From Candidatus Microgenomates bacterium (GTDB lineage Bacteria; Patescibacteriota; Microgenomatia; UBA12405; UBA6130), in NCBI GenBank assembly GCA_015485895.1, contig WFSR01000062.1, positions 1 to 40,726 on the forward strand: a stretch of DNA of 40,726 bases, read 5' to 3'. The position numbers and the translations under genes are program-made. Below the pieces are notes generated by a model that saw nothing but the letters and a program-made list of their open reading frames with translations, was not told the DNA's origin and did not search any database. Below are positions 31,412 to 40,291 of the stretch, piece by piece. Position 1 is the stretch's first letter. Each line of letters starts with the position of its first letter.

Positions 31412-31820
31412 TGGTAATTACCGTTTTCAAAACAATAATCGTCCTCGTTCCCCGTAAAACTTTTATAGCTACCGCCGCCCTTTTGTCAGTGTCTCCTAAC
31501 GAACAATCACTAAAACAATCCTGGCAAGAAAAAATATTGCTCCCGTCACAATCAGTTGCCAAACAGCTACCTGTTTGGCAATAAATATTGATCCTCTGCC
31601 ACCAGTCATTGTCAAAACGGTTAGCTTGCAACTCCGACAATTGCCGCTTGGCGACTTGAAGGGCGGCTGTGCGTTGCTGAGCGAACCGAGTTGCTGCCAA
31701 CATAAAGGTCGTCCCCGCCGCTAACCCCGAAAGGAGCAGAGCACTAATCGAAAGAATAAACACCAACTCAACCAAAGTCTGCCCTTTTTTATTATTGTCG
31801 CTATTTTTCGTCATTGACAA
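31401..31820 (-). CDS. prepilin-type minor pilin, Cys-rich
   Basis: NNKKG|QTLVELVFILSISALLL. The C-terminal part has 7 Cys (YCQTGSCLATDCDGSNIFSCQDCFSDC). Confidence 0.6.
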   Translation of the reverse strand: MSMTKNSDNNKKGQTLVELVFILSISALLLSGLAAGTTFMLAATRFAQQRTAALQVAKRQLSELQANRFDNDWWQRINIYCQTGSCLATDCDGSNIFSCQDCFSDCSLGDTDKRAAVAIKVLRGTRTIIVLKTVITNGR

Positions 31821-32302
31821 GAATTAAGGCTTATCGTGCCATTACGGTACATACTAATTTGCCGGCAACGGCTGATTGTCCTTATTTGGAAAAAGGCAGG
31901 GTTGCTGCTCACTCCACTCAAAGCACCGCTCAATGGCAGCCAATTGAAATGATTATTATCATCACCATCAACTAAGTTAATTGCCACCTTTTTCTTTTGC
32001 CAATCACCATTGTAAGTTTGCCATGGTTGTTGCCAGTTGTCGCACACTTGGCGGGCTCTAAGGCTGTAATCAGCTGGCGACCACCAAACTTCGTACCGTA
32101 GCAGAGTTTGGCAATTTTGGCGGTCTTTCACTCCATTACGAGCTTGGCTTCGGAGAAGGGCTAATTGTGAATAGAGACTATTAGCAGCTAAATTAACCGC
32201 CCGTTGTTGATAAAATAGACGATAACCGGCAAAACTTATTCCCGCCACCAAGCTCATAATTGCTGCCGAGACCAAAAGTTCAATTAACGTCAAGCCTTTC
32301 AT
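31811..32302 (-). CDS. prepilin-type minor pilin
   Basis: MKG|LTLIELLVSAAIMSLVAG. An internal start is chosen because the longer ORF overlaps the upstream pilin gene. Confidence 0.65.
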   Translation of the reverse strand: MKGLTLIELLVSAAIMSLVAGISFAGYRLFYQQRAVNLAANSLYSQLALLRSQARNGVKDRQNCQTLLRYEVWWSPADYSLRARQVCDNWQQPWQTYNGDWQKKKVAINLVDGDDNNHFNWLPLSGALSGVSSNPAFFQIRTISRCRQISMYRNGTISLNSCQ

Positions 32303-32303
32303 T

Positions 32304-32735
32304 TTACGGCGGTGAGAGGTGGTAATTGCAAATTGCCCCTCCGCAACTAGGGTGACCGGGACAGCCGTTACGGTCATTGCTAGATTCCAGTGCAGCACAA
32401 AGAGTATAGTCAGTTCCATTACTGGAATGATAATAATAATGCCATCCTTTAGGATCTTGGGGAAATTCATGCATATAAGTAGTCCCGTTGCACACCCACG
32501 CCCCAGATGAAGGCGGTAAGCACGCCTGGCAACTACCACCATCGTAATAAGGATAACAGCCAATATCATTGCGGATCATTTCCAAAACTGAACGGATTTG
32601 ACTGAGATCAGCTTCTCGCTTGTCATCTCTAGCTTTTTTCCCGGCTGCCTGATATGACACCATCGCCGCCGATGAAAGGAGAATTATGATGGTAGTTACT
32701 ACCAAGAGTTCGATAAAAGTAAACCCTTTCTTCAC
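32304..32735 (-). CDS. GspG/PilA-like prepilin paralogue
   Basis: MKKG|FTFIELLVVTTIIILL, then KKARDDKREADLSQIRSVLEMI. Cys-rich C-terminus. Confidence 0.75.
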   Translation of the reverse strand: MKKGFTFIELLVVTTIIILLSSAAMVSYQAAGKKARDDKREADLSQIRSVLEMIRNDIGCYPYYDGGSCQACLPPSSGAWVCNGTTYMHEFPQDPKGWHYYYHSSNGTDYTLCAALESSNDRNGCPGHPSCGGAICNYHLSPP

Positions 32736-33136
32736 TGAAGGTTACTCAAACAAAAGTAATCACCGCTACCATAATGGCAACCGGCAGCCGTCCCTGTATC
32801 CTGGGCATTCCCCCCGCCAGTTTCTAAATGGCCACAGATACAATAACTATTGTCAGCGCATTGCCAAGAATAACTTTGGCCCGGCTTAGGGTCGCTTGGT
32901 AATCCGCCCGGCAAATAAGTATCACCAGGATTGCAACCGGCAGGGTATTTGTTATTAACCGCCCGATATTGTTCAATGGCTTTTTGGACTGCCTTAATAT
33001 CCTGCCGCCGGGTAGCGTCACGGGCCCGTTTTTGGGCCGAAGCATAAGAAGTAGAAACCACCGCTACCAAGGCAGCAATAATCGAAATTACCACCAATAA
33101 CTCAAAAAGGGTAAAGCCAAAATTTTTCCTTTTCAT
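32732..33136 (-). CDS. GspG/PilA-like prepilin paralogue
   Basis: MKRKNFG|FTLFELLVVISIIAALV, then QKRARDATRRQDIKAVQKAIEQY. An internal start is chosen. Confidence 0.75.
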   Translation of the reverse strand: MKRKNFGFTLFELLVVISIIAALVAVVSTSYASAQKRARDATRRQDIKAVQKAIEQYRAVNNKYPAGCNPGDTYLPGGLPSDPKPGQSYSWQCADNSYCICGHLETGGGNAQDTGTAAGCHYGSGDYFCLSNLQ

Positions 33137-33137
33137 T

Positions 33138-33581
33138 TTATTCACTACATACATAATAACAATTTTGCGAGCAATTTGCATGGCAAATATCATCTGGGCA
33201 ACGCTGGCTAGAATTGTTAATATCAATATCACCGCCATTCTCCAACTCTGCCCAAAGCCGAAAACCATCCCTGTCACTACTAACGCAATAGCCATAATGA
33301 TGGTCGCCACCCAAGGGGTCGTCGGGGACGTGCACCATATAGGTTGTCTTCCCTTCTTGCCAACGATTACCGAAAGGGGGAGCTCCAGTCGGATAAGCCT
33401 GGTGATCGTTATAATAAAGGCGTAGGCTATTTTTAACCTGCCAGAGATCTTGCTTCCGCTGGCCATCTCGGGCCCGTTGGCGAGCCGACATCAAATTTGG
33501 CAAAAGCAACCCTGTTAAGATAGCAATAATTGAAAGAACTACCAAAAGCTCAATAAGAGTAAAACCTGATTTTTCTTTCAT
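33138..33581 (-). CDS. GspG/PilA-like prepilin paralogue
   Basis: MKEKSG|FTLIELLVVLSIIAILTG, then RQRARDGQRKQDLWQVKNSLRLYYNDH. Confidence 0.75.
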   Translation of the reverse strand: MKEKSGFTLIELLVVLSIIAILTGLLLPNLMSARQRARDGQRKQDLWQVKNSLRLYYNDHQAYPTGAPPFGNRWQEGKTTYMVHVPDDPLGGDHHYGYCVSSDRDGFRLWAELENGGDIDINNSSQRCPDDICHANCSQNCYYVCSE

Positions 33582-34084
33582 TGGATGCGGACATTGGAAC
33601 TAGCAACACCAAAATTAAACACCTTGTCGTGACAGCGATAGCCTGCAGTATTGAATTTATTATAGTCGGGATCACGGGTATTTTCCAAGACAGAAAACAA
33701 TTTGAAGTAAGTCCCATCAGATTGATAGCAATAATCTAAACCGTGGCTAGGATCTTGGGGCAAGCGCTTCATATAAACTATAGTAGTATTATTAATTGTT
33801 TCCTTGAAAGCATCGCCCCAATTTAAAACAGATAGCTGAGGACAATGACGACTAACGATAATCTTGCCCGTTTCCTGACCGGCACAATCAACACTCAGGG
33901 GATAAGAACGGTGATCGTTATAATACATCTCTAGAGCACGGGCAATGTTGCTGAGATCCGCTTTCCGTTGAGCATCACGGGCCTTTTGCTGACTGGTATG
34001 ATACTGGCCAAATCCCACACCGGCTAAAATGGCTAAAATTGCCATTACTACCAACAATTCTACCAAAGTGAATCCTTGTCTCAT
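33578..34084 (-). CDS. GspG/PilA-like prepilin paralogue
   Basis: MRQG|FTLVELLVVMAILAILAG, then QKARDAQRKADLSNIARALEMYYNDH. An internal start is chosen. Confidence 0.75.
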   Translation of the reverse strand: MRQGFTLVELLVVMAILAILAGVGFGQYHTSQQKARDAQRKADLSNIARALEMYYNDHRSYPLSVDCAGQETGKIIVSRHCPQLSVLNWGDAFKETINNTTIVYMKRLPQDPSHGLDYCYQSDGTYFKLFSVLENTRDPDYNKFNTAGYRCHDKVFNFGVASSNVRIQ

Positions 34085-34085
34085 T

Positions 34086-34796
34086 TTATTGACCGCAACT
34101 AACATCATAGCAACATTCTGTTCCCTCACTATTACATCTATACTCTACACCAGGACAACAAGTGGAGCAAGTATTAGGAAGGCAATAACGGCTCCCTTCT
34201 TCACCACATGTTGCCGGATAACAACCCGACGGGGAAGTGGGAGCTGGCGTCGGTGTCGGCGTTAATTCTACCAAAGGCGAGGTTGGCGACGGAGTTACGC
34301 TAGGCGCCGGCGAACCGATTGCACTACCCACCTGTTCGGGGGGAGTAATATTAGGGCTTGCCACCCCCAATGTATACCGCCGACCATCAATCTGACAACC
34401 TTGGTGGCAATAATCTCCTTTTCGGGGATAAAACAAATTCGTATAGATAGAGAACCAACTAGGACAGCTATCGTCTTCTACAATAATTTTATATGGTTGA
34501 TGACTTCGAGGATCACAGGGCACAGAATTCAGCCAGGGGCGAAAATCGTGGCTATCGCAATGCTGTAATTTGAGCAAATCTTCACCCTGAGGATAACAGC
34601 CATTGTCATTATAATAATCCTCCATCGCCCTTTGGAGCTCATATAAATCACGACGCCGACGGCCATCGTTAGCCTTGCGAATTTGAGCCAGATAATTCAT
34701 CAAAAAAGTTGTTGCCAGCACTACCACGATAGTCATTACAATCACCAACTCCACTAAAGTCAAGCCCGCTGATTTCTTTGTAGCAAATGTTCCCAT
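34086..34796 (-). CDS. prepilin with a Pro/Thr-rich linker and a C-terminal Cys-rich knob
   Basis: KKSAG|LTLVELVIVMTIVVVLA, then IRKANDGRRRRDLYELQRAMEDYYNDN. A linker SPAPSVTPSPTSPLVELTPTPTPAPTSPSG. 10 Cys in the last ~45 aa. The ATG overlaps the pilD stop (TGATG); an alternative ATG is at 34802. Confidence 0.7.
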   Translation of the reverse strand: MGTFATKKSAGLTLVELVIVMTIVVVLATTFLMNYLAQIRKANDGRRRRDLYELQRAMEDYYNDNGCYPQGEDLLKLQHCDSHDFRPWLNSVPCDPRSHQPYKIIVEDDSCPSWFSIYTNLFYPRKGDYCHQGCQIDGRRYTLGVASPNITPPEQVGSAIGSPAPSVTPSPTSPLVELTPTPTPAPTSPSGCYPATCGEEGSRYCLPNTCSTCCPGVEYRCNSEGTECCYDVSCGQ

Positions 34797-35533
34797 CACC
34801 ATGGCAGTCTCGCTAAGATATAATCGCCCCACCACCAACTAACTAAAGCTGCCCCTACTAAAAAAGGACCAAAGGCAAGCCGACTTTTCCAACGAGCCCG
34901 ATGCCGCCAGAGTAAAAACCCAGCCACCAAACCACCGGCGAGAAAAGCCAAATAAAGGAGCAACAACATTTTTGCTAAACCTAGCCAAAGGCCCAAAACA
35001 AAAATTAATTTTGCATCTCCAAGCCCCATACCTTTCCCTTTGGTAACAATATAAAGGAAAAGAAAGAAAAAAAGACCTATAAAAGCCGCCGGGAAATACA
35101 AGTGGGGGAGAAGAAGAATAAAAAATAGGAAAGGTAGTAAAAATACATCGGGAATAATTTGATAATGACGGTCGAAAAAAAATATTGCCAGGAGAAACCA
35201 AGTTAAAAGCAAATATATTCCCAACCATAGCCAGGCTAAGTTTTGTTGTTGCCACCAAAAAAAAGTGACTAGAAACGACAAACCACTCAACAGCTCTAAC
35301 CAGAAATATTCCGGCCTTATTTTAGCCTTGCATGTTCGGCAACGGCCCCTTAAAAACAAGAAAGAGAGCACAGGAATATTTTCCCACCAAGCCAACTGCC
35401 GGCCACAATTATCGCAATACGAACGTCCCCATAAATCAAGCCCGCCCTTTCGGGGATAACGGCTAATCAAAACGCCCAAAAAACTTCCCCCGCTTGCTCC
35501 GAGAGCAAACAGGAGAAGCTCTATCGCTAACAT
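34796..35533 (-). CDS. pilD: prepilin peptidase (A24 family)
   Basis: Cys box CDNCGRQLAWWENIP...RGRCRTCKAKI. Catalytic Asp contexts IIPDV and GLGDAKL. Polytopic membrane protein. Confidence 0.9.
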   Translation of the reverse strand: MLAIELLLFALGASGGSFLGVLISRYPRKGGLDLWGRSYCDNCGRQLAWWENIPVLSFLFLRGRCRTCKAKIRPEYFWLELLSGLSFLVTFFWWQQQNLAWLWLGIYLLLTWFLLAIFFFDRHYQIIPDVFLLPFLFFILLLPHLYFPAAFIGLFFFLFLYIVTKGKGMGLGDAKLIFVLGLWLGLAKMLLLLYLAFLAGGLVAGFLLWRHRARWKSRLAFGPFLVGAALVSWWWGDYILARLPW

Positions 35534-35536
35534 CTT

Positions 35537-36193
35537 TTATTGCGGCACACACTTAAAATAAGAATCTGTCCTATCTGTCCACTTAGCGCTGTCAAGATCG
35601 CTTTGACTTGTCACCGCTACTGCCTGGGTAGGAACACCATCGGCAGTTTTAATCCCCAGATCTTTCAAATTCGAACTCAGTTTTCTGTTAGCTTTAGCTT
35701 TAGGGATAAAACAAACATAAACTGCTCCTCCATTTCCCGCTTCTTTGAAAAGATAAAGCCTATTTAAATCGCTTTTAATGTTATCAGCGAAGGGGTCCTT
35801 TTGGGCAAATGAGGCTTTCAATTCGTCGGTTTTGATAAGCTCGCCATAATTACCATCGGCATCCTTACAGCTAGTCACTTCTTTATTGTAATCACTCCCG
35901 CTACAAACACCAAATCCTGGCATCTTGCTCGTCAGACCTAAGGTTTGCGATTCATCAGCTCCCTTGCCATCACCCCAAACCTCATCATCCCAGGGATAAT
36001 ATTCTTGGGAAGCATAATAGCGTTCCAGAGCACTTAGCGCTTCAGCAGCATCGTTCTGGAATTTAGCATCCCGAGCTTTGTTTGTTTGCTCAATCGGGTT
36101 CAGGGTTGAGAGAACTGCCACCGACAAGATGGAAATTAAGGAAATAACAATGAGCAGTTCTACTAAAGTAAAGCCTTGTTTTAATTGCTTCAT
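35537..36193 (-). CDS. type IV pilin (candidate major pilin)
   Basis: MKQLKQG|FTLVELLIVISLISILSV. Two Cys pairs in the globular domain. It is the first pilin after pilC. Confidence 0.75.
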   Translation of the reverse strand: MKQLKQGFTLVELLIVISLISILSVAVLSTLNPIEQTNKARDAKFQNDAAEALSALERYYASQEYYPWDDEVWGDGKGADESQTLGLTSKMPGFGVCSGSDYNKEVTSCKDADGNYGELIKTDELKASFAQKDPFADNIKSDLNRLYLFKEAGNGGAVYVCFIPKAKANRKLSSNLKDLGIKTADGVPTQAVAVTSQSDLDSAKWTDRTDSYFKCVPQ

Positions 36194-36209
36194 TTCTTCA
36201 CCCCCTTTC

Positions 36210-37412
36210 CTAAAATTGGCTAGTTAAGTTATAAATTGGCATAATCACTGCAAAAACCAAAAAGCCAACTCCGACACCTAACACTATCATAATAAGTGGC
36301 TCAATGGCGCTTGTCAAGGTTTTTACCCGCTGATCGGCTTCCATTTCAAAAAAGTGGGCTAGATGAAAAAAGATCGTGTCTAATTTGCCTGTTTGTTCTC
36401 CGGTAGCCACCATTTCTACCAAGATATCGGGAAATACCATTTGCTCTCGCAGAGCATCCGAAAGAGGAAATCCTTTTTCGACCCGCTGGTCAGCTCGACT
36501 TAATGCTTTCTGATACACCATATTGCCCGTTGCCCGGCTAACAGTGGCTACCCCATCTACCAAAGGTACCCCTGTCCCCACCATCATCCCCAAAGTGCGC
36601 GTTAGGTTGGTTAATAAAGTTGCTTTCAGAAGCGGCCCTAGAATAGGAATACGCAATTTAATTTCGTCATAACGGTAGCGTAAGGCTGGCTGCTGCAAGG
36701 CAATTTTCCAAGCTATTATCGCTACCACTATTAAAAACGGTAAAAGCCAAATTAAAACACTACTCCAACGGGCAATGGCCATTAGAACTCGTGTTTCCCA
36801 AGGCAACCGGGCATTGAATTCACTGTAGAGGCTAGCCATTTTAGGAATTACGAAAGTCACCACAATAAAAATAACGCCGCCCATCCCCACCAAAATAATA
36901 GCTGGGTAAATCATTGCTCCTTTCACCTTAGCCAAAAATTCCTGCCGTTTTTCCAAAGTATCGGCTAATTGCAACAATACCTTCTCCAAAACTCCTGCTT
37001 CTTCACCAGCGCTTACAGAAGCAATATAAATATCGCCAAAGATATTTCGATGTTTCTTCAAAGCTGCCGTAAATGAAGAACCTCCTTCAATTGCCCGTAA
37101 CAAATCGCCAATAACAATGCGCATTTTCCCTTTTTCCTGTTTCTCTAATAGAGACAAAGACTCGGTCAATGGCAAACCAGCTTCGACCATAGTAGCCAAC
37201 CGTCGAGTAAAAGATGCCACCTGCCCACCAGAAACACGGCTAAATAACAAACGTAACCTCTGCCAGAAAGAAAGTTGATAAGGTTTAATGTCTACCAAAA
37301 TGAGCCGGCGCTTTTTAACTAATTTTATTGCTTCGCGGAGATTGCGCGCCTCCACTAAACCTTTATTAAATTTTCCTTGCCAGTCTCGTGCTCGGAATAT
37401 ATATTTTTGCAT
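36210..37412 (-). CDS. pilC: type IV pilus platform protein PilC (GspF family)
   Basis: 400 aa with two GspF-type repeats and three TM segments (AMIYPAIILVGMGGVIFIVV, IEPLIMIVLGVGVGFLVFAVIMPIY). Confidence 0.92.
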   Translation of the reverse strand: MQKYIFRARDWQGKFNKGLVEARNLREAIKLVKKRRLILVDIKPYQLSFWQRLRLLFSRVSGGQVASFTRRLATMVEAGLPLTESLSLLEKQEKGKMRIVIGDLLRAIEGGSSFTAALKKHRNIFGDIYIASVSAGEEAGVLEKVLLQLADTLEKRQEFLAKVKGAMIYPAIILVGMGGVIFIVVTFVIPKMASLYSEFNARLPWETRVLMAIARWSSVLIWLLPFLIVVAIIAWKIALQQPALRYRYDEIKLRIPILGPLLKATLLTNLTRTLGMMVGTGVPLVDGVATVSRATGNMVYQKALSRADQRVEKGFPLSDALREQMVFPDILVEMVATGEQTGKLDTIFFHLAHFFEMEADQRVKTLTSAIEPLIMIVLGVGVGFLVFAVIMPIYNLTSQF

Positions 37413-37413
37413 C

Positions 37414-38502
37414 TCAAATGCCGGTTACCGGCTGACGTTGCTGCTGTAAGTCGCGCATTAATTCCTTAGGGCGAAGGGCATATTCTTTTGCCACTTCAAG
37501 GCTGACAACTCTTTTATTAACCCAACTTGCCAGCGAAGTTTCCAAGAGACGCATCCCTACTTCAGCCGAGGTTTGAATAATATTATCAATCATATGAGTT
37601 TTATCCTCCCTAATTGCCGTCTGCACAGCATGGTTATTGAGCAATAGTTCAATCGCCGGCACTCGCCCTGGTTTAATAGTGGGAATTAAACGTTGGGAAA
37701 TCACTGCCAGCAGACTGTTGGCCAATTGCATTCTAACCTGTGCCTTGGCCCCGGGGGGAAAAACATCCACAATACGATCAATCGTTTCCGCTGCTGAATT
37801 AGTGTGCAAGGTAGAAAAGACTAAATGGCCTGTTTCGGCTACCGTCAAAGCGGCTTTTATTGTTTCCAAATCACGCATCTCGCCAATTAGGACTACATTA
37901 GGATCTTCACGCAAAGTTGAACGCAAAGCATTAGCCCAACTAAGAGTATCGGATCCAATTTCCCGTTGTGAGAAAACCGATTTGTCATCCCTAAAAAAAT
38001 ATTCAATCGGATCCTCAATGGTCACAATGTGCTCGGCACGGGTAGCATTAATCTCTGCCAACATTGCCGCCAGAGTAGTCGACTTACCATGCCCGGTAGG
38101 ACCGGTGACCAAGACAAACCCTTGCCTTTCTTCGGTTAACTTGCGCAAAATGGGTGGCAGATTTAAATCAGCCAACCGGGGCACCTCAGGAGGGATAAGG
38201 CGCATAGCGATGGCTAGCGACTCTCGTTGAAAATACAAATTTACCCGGAAACGAGCTTGGTCCTGAAAAACATAAGAGCAATCCATTTCCCGCCGTTTCA
38301 ACAAAGTCTGATAGCGCTCCTCGCCCAAAATTGCTTTTGCCATTGCAACACTGTCGCTTTTTTCAAGAGGCGTCCCGCCGGGAAACACGAAAAGCTGACC
38401 ATTTACCCGCAAGAATGGTTTCGCTCCCACCAAAAGGTGGACATCTGAAGCTTTATCTTTGATTGCTAAAGCAAGAACTGGTGCTAATTTATCCATGGTC
38501 AA
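37414..38502 (-). CDS. pilT: PilT-type retraction ATPase
   Basis: Walker A GPTGHGKST, Asp box and Walker B LIGEMRD, His box TGHLVFSTLHTN. No N-terminal GspE_N domain. The start may be the ATG at 38496. Confidence 0.92.
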   Translation of the reverse strand: MTMDKLAPVLALAIKDKASDVHLLVGAKPFLRVNGQLFVFPGGTPLEKSDSVAMAKAILGEERYQTLLKRREMDCSYVFQDQARFRVNLYFQRESLAIAMRLIPPEVPRLADLNLPPILRKLTEERQGFVLVTGPTGHGKSTTLAAMLAEINATRAEHIVTIEDPIEYFFRDDKSVFSQREIGSDTLSWANALRSTLREDPNVVLIGEMRDLETIKAALTVAETGHLVFSTLHTNSAAETIDRIVDVFPPGAKAQVRMQLANSLLAVISQRLIPTIKPGRVPAIELLLNNHAVQTAIREDKTHMIDNIIQTSAEVGMRLLETSLASWVNKRVVSLEVAKEYALRPKELMRDLQQQRQPVTGI

Positions 38503-40217
38503 TATTTAGCTACCCGGAGAACTTCTTCCACCGTGGTAGTTCCCTCTAAAGCTTTCAAGTAACCATCTTGCATCATGGTAACCATTCCTTCCTCAACAGC
38601 TGCTTTTTTAATTTCTTCTGCCGGCGCTTGTTTTAAAATAAGCTGCATGATAGTGTTGGTAACCGACAAGGTTTCGAAGATGCCTATCCGTCCATAATAA
38701 CCAGTAAAATTACATCCTTGACAGCCTTTGCCACGGTAAAGCTCAGGTTGATCGCCAGCTTTTGGTGGCCAGAGAGGGCCGAGAATTTTTTTCATATCGG
38801 CAATTACTTTCTCCGGCGGTCGATAACTCTCCCGACAATCATTATGAATCCGGCGGACAATTCGTTGGGCTACTACTGCATTGAGAGCAGAAACCAACAG
38901 AAAAGGCTCAACCCCCATATCAATAAGCCGGGGAGCCGCCCCGGCAGCATCGTTGGTGTGGAGAGTAGAAAAAACTAAATGGCCAGTAAGAGCAGCTTCA
39001 ACTGCCAATTCGGCTGTTTCCTTATCACGAATTTCGCCAACCATAATAATATCCGGATCTTGCCGCAAAAATGAACGCAGGGCCGAAGCAAAAGTCAAAC
39101 CTGCCTGGGGATTTACCTGGACCTGGTTAACACCTTGAATATGGTATTCGACTGGGTCCTCGATGGTCATTACGTTTACTTTAGTAGTATTTATTTTCGA
39201 AAGGACAGAATAAAGGGTAGTGGTTTTCCCAGCACCGGTAGGCCCACAGACAACGATCATTCCATGAGGACGGCTCACCGCTTCCTGTAAATCGCGCAAT
39301 GTCTTCCCCCGTAGACCCAATTCGGGCAGATCGGGTATTTTTTGCGTCTTTTTTAGCAACCGCATCACTACCGTTTCTCCATAAATAGTTGGCGCCGTGG
39401 AGACCCTAACATCAATCTCCTGACTATCGCTCCGAAAAGTAAAACGGCCATCTTGGGGCACCCGCTTCTCATCAATTTTCATACCGGATAAAATTTTAAT
39501 CCGCGAAACTACTGCATCATGAATTCGGCGGGGGAGAATCAATTTTTCCTGTAAAATACCATCAATACGGTAACGAACCCGAGTATCGCCCTCTTGGGGC
39601 TCAATATGAATATCTGAAGCTCGAGCCTTAACGGCAAATTGCAAGATTGTGGAAACTACCTTGGCAATCGGCGCCTCATGAATAACGCTTTCCAAATGAT
39701 TGACATCCAAAACATTTTTTTGGTAAGTCTGCGCTGTTTCCCCCAAAGCCTTCGTCACTTCAGCTGTGATTTCTTGGTTGTAATGTTCATCAATCGTGTC
39801 TTGAATAAGTTTCTTATCAGCTAGGTAGGGCTCGATTGTCAAACCCGTCTTTTCTTCTAAAAATTCTATTGTTTCCAAATCAAGAGGATTGGCCATTGCC
39901 ACCGCCAATTTCTTCTTACCGGGGTCATAACGAAAAGGGACCACCGAATAATATTCGGCCACACTCCGGGGGATAAAAGTGATACTTTGGGGGTCAAAGG
40001 CAATTTCCTCTAAATCAGCATAGGGAACACCTAAAAACTTCGCCTTAGCGGCAAGCAGTTTCTTTTCCGGTAACAAGTTCTCCTCACGGATAATTGTTTC
40101 GCTGTCTTTCCCAGTTTGGATAGCTTTAAGTTTTATTTCTTTTATTTGCGCTGGCGAGAGCAATTTCTCCTTGGCTAAAACATCTAAGAGGGAGTGAGGC
40201 AATTTTTTATCTCTCAT
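38499..40217 (-). CDS. pilB: PilB/GspE-type assembly ATPase
   Basis: N-terminal GspE_N-like domain, Walker A GPTGAGKTT, MVGEIRD, TGHLVFSTLHTN and the tetracysteine-type segment CRESY...GKGCQGCNFTGYYGRIG. Confidence 0.92.
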   Translation of the reverse strand: MRDKKLPHSLLDVLAKEKLLSPAQIKEIKLKAIQTGKDSETIIREENLLPEKKLLAAKAKFLGVPYADLEEIAFDPQSITFIPRSVAEYYSVVPFRYDPGKKKLAVAMANPLDLETIEFLEEKTGLTIEPYLADKKLIQDTIDEHYNQEITAEVTKALGETAQTYQKNVLDVNHLESVIHEAPIAKVVSTILQFAVKARASDIHIEPQEGDTRVRYRIDGILQEKLILPRRIHDAVVSRIKILSGMKIDEKRVPQDGRFTFRSDSQEIDVRVSTAPTIYGETVVMRLLKKTQKIPDLPELGLRGKTLRDLQEAVSRPHGMIVVCGPTGAGKTTTLYSVLSKINTTKVNVMTIEDPVEYHIQGVNQVQVNPQAGLTFASALRSFLRQDPDIIMVGEIRDKETAELAVEAALTGHLVFSTLHTNDAAGAAPRLIDMGVEPFLLVSALNAVVAQRIVRRIHNDCRESYRPPEKVIADMKKILGPLWPPKAGDQPELYRGKGCQGCNFTGYYGRIGIFETLSVTNTIMQLILKQAPAEEIKKAAVEEGMVTMMQDGYLKALEGTTTVEEVLRVAKY

Positions 40218-40225
40218 TACTTTTC

Positions 40226-40231
40226 ATTATA
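40226..40231 (-). promoter_or_regulatory. -10 box TATAAT 8 nt upstream of the pilB ATG
   Basis: The minus strand reads gtttTATAATgaaaagtaATG. Confidence 0.5.
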
Positions 40232-40262
40232 AACAAAATAAATCATAAATCACAAGCAGCCT

Positions 40263-40291
40263 GCCTGCCCCGACGTGACGTCGGGGCAGGC
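40263..40291. repeat. perfect 13-bp-stem GC hairpin/palindrome GCCTGCCCCGACG-tga-CGTCGGGGCAGGC
   Basis: Read directly. It has the same core (CCCCGACGTGACGTCGGG) as 20604-20621. Confidence 0.9.

Noticed and set aside
32303-32569. Upstream extensions of pilin ORFs (31811-32569, 32732-33466, 33578-34129, 34086-34838)
   Set aside because: The extensions overlap the preceding pilin gene in another frame. Internal ATGs give canonical short prepilin leaders ending in Gly.
35240-35262. A8/T8 homopolymer inside pilD as a phase-variation switch
   Set aside because: It is a single short tract encoding FFWW in a hydrophobic segment. There is no evidence of variability, and the length is marginal for slippage.
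37637-38230. 197-aa plus-strand ORF, and similar 60-100-aa ORFs antisense to pilT, pilB, the VirB4-like gene, the PBP, recG and others
   Set aside because: These are shadow ORFs opposite strongly supported genes. They have no motifs and their composition is typical of antisense frames.
40263-40291. GC hairpins as Rho-independent terminators
   Set aside because: No T-run follows on either strand. Most copies lie upstream of promoters in divergent spacers rather than at gene 3' ends. Convergent gene ends, where terminators would be expected, have none.
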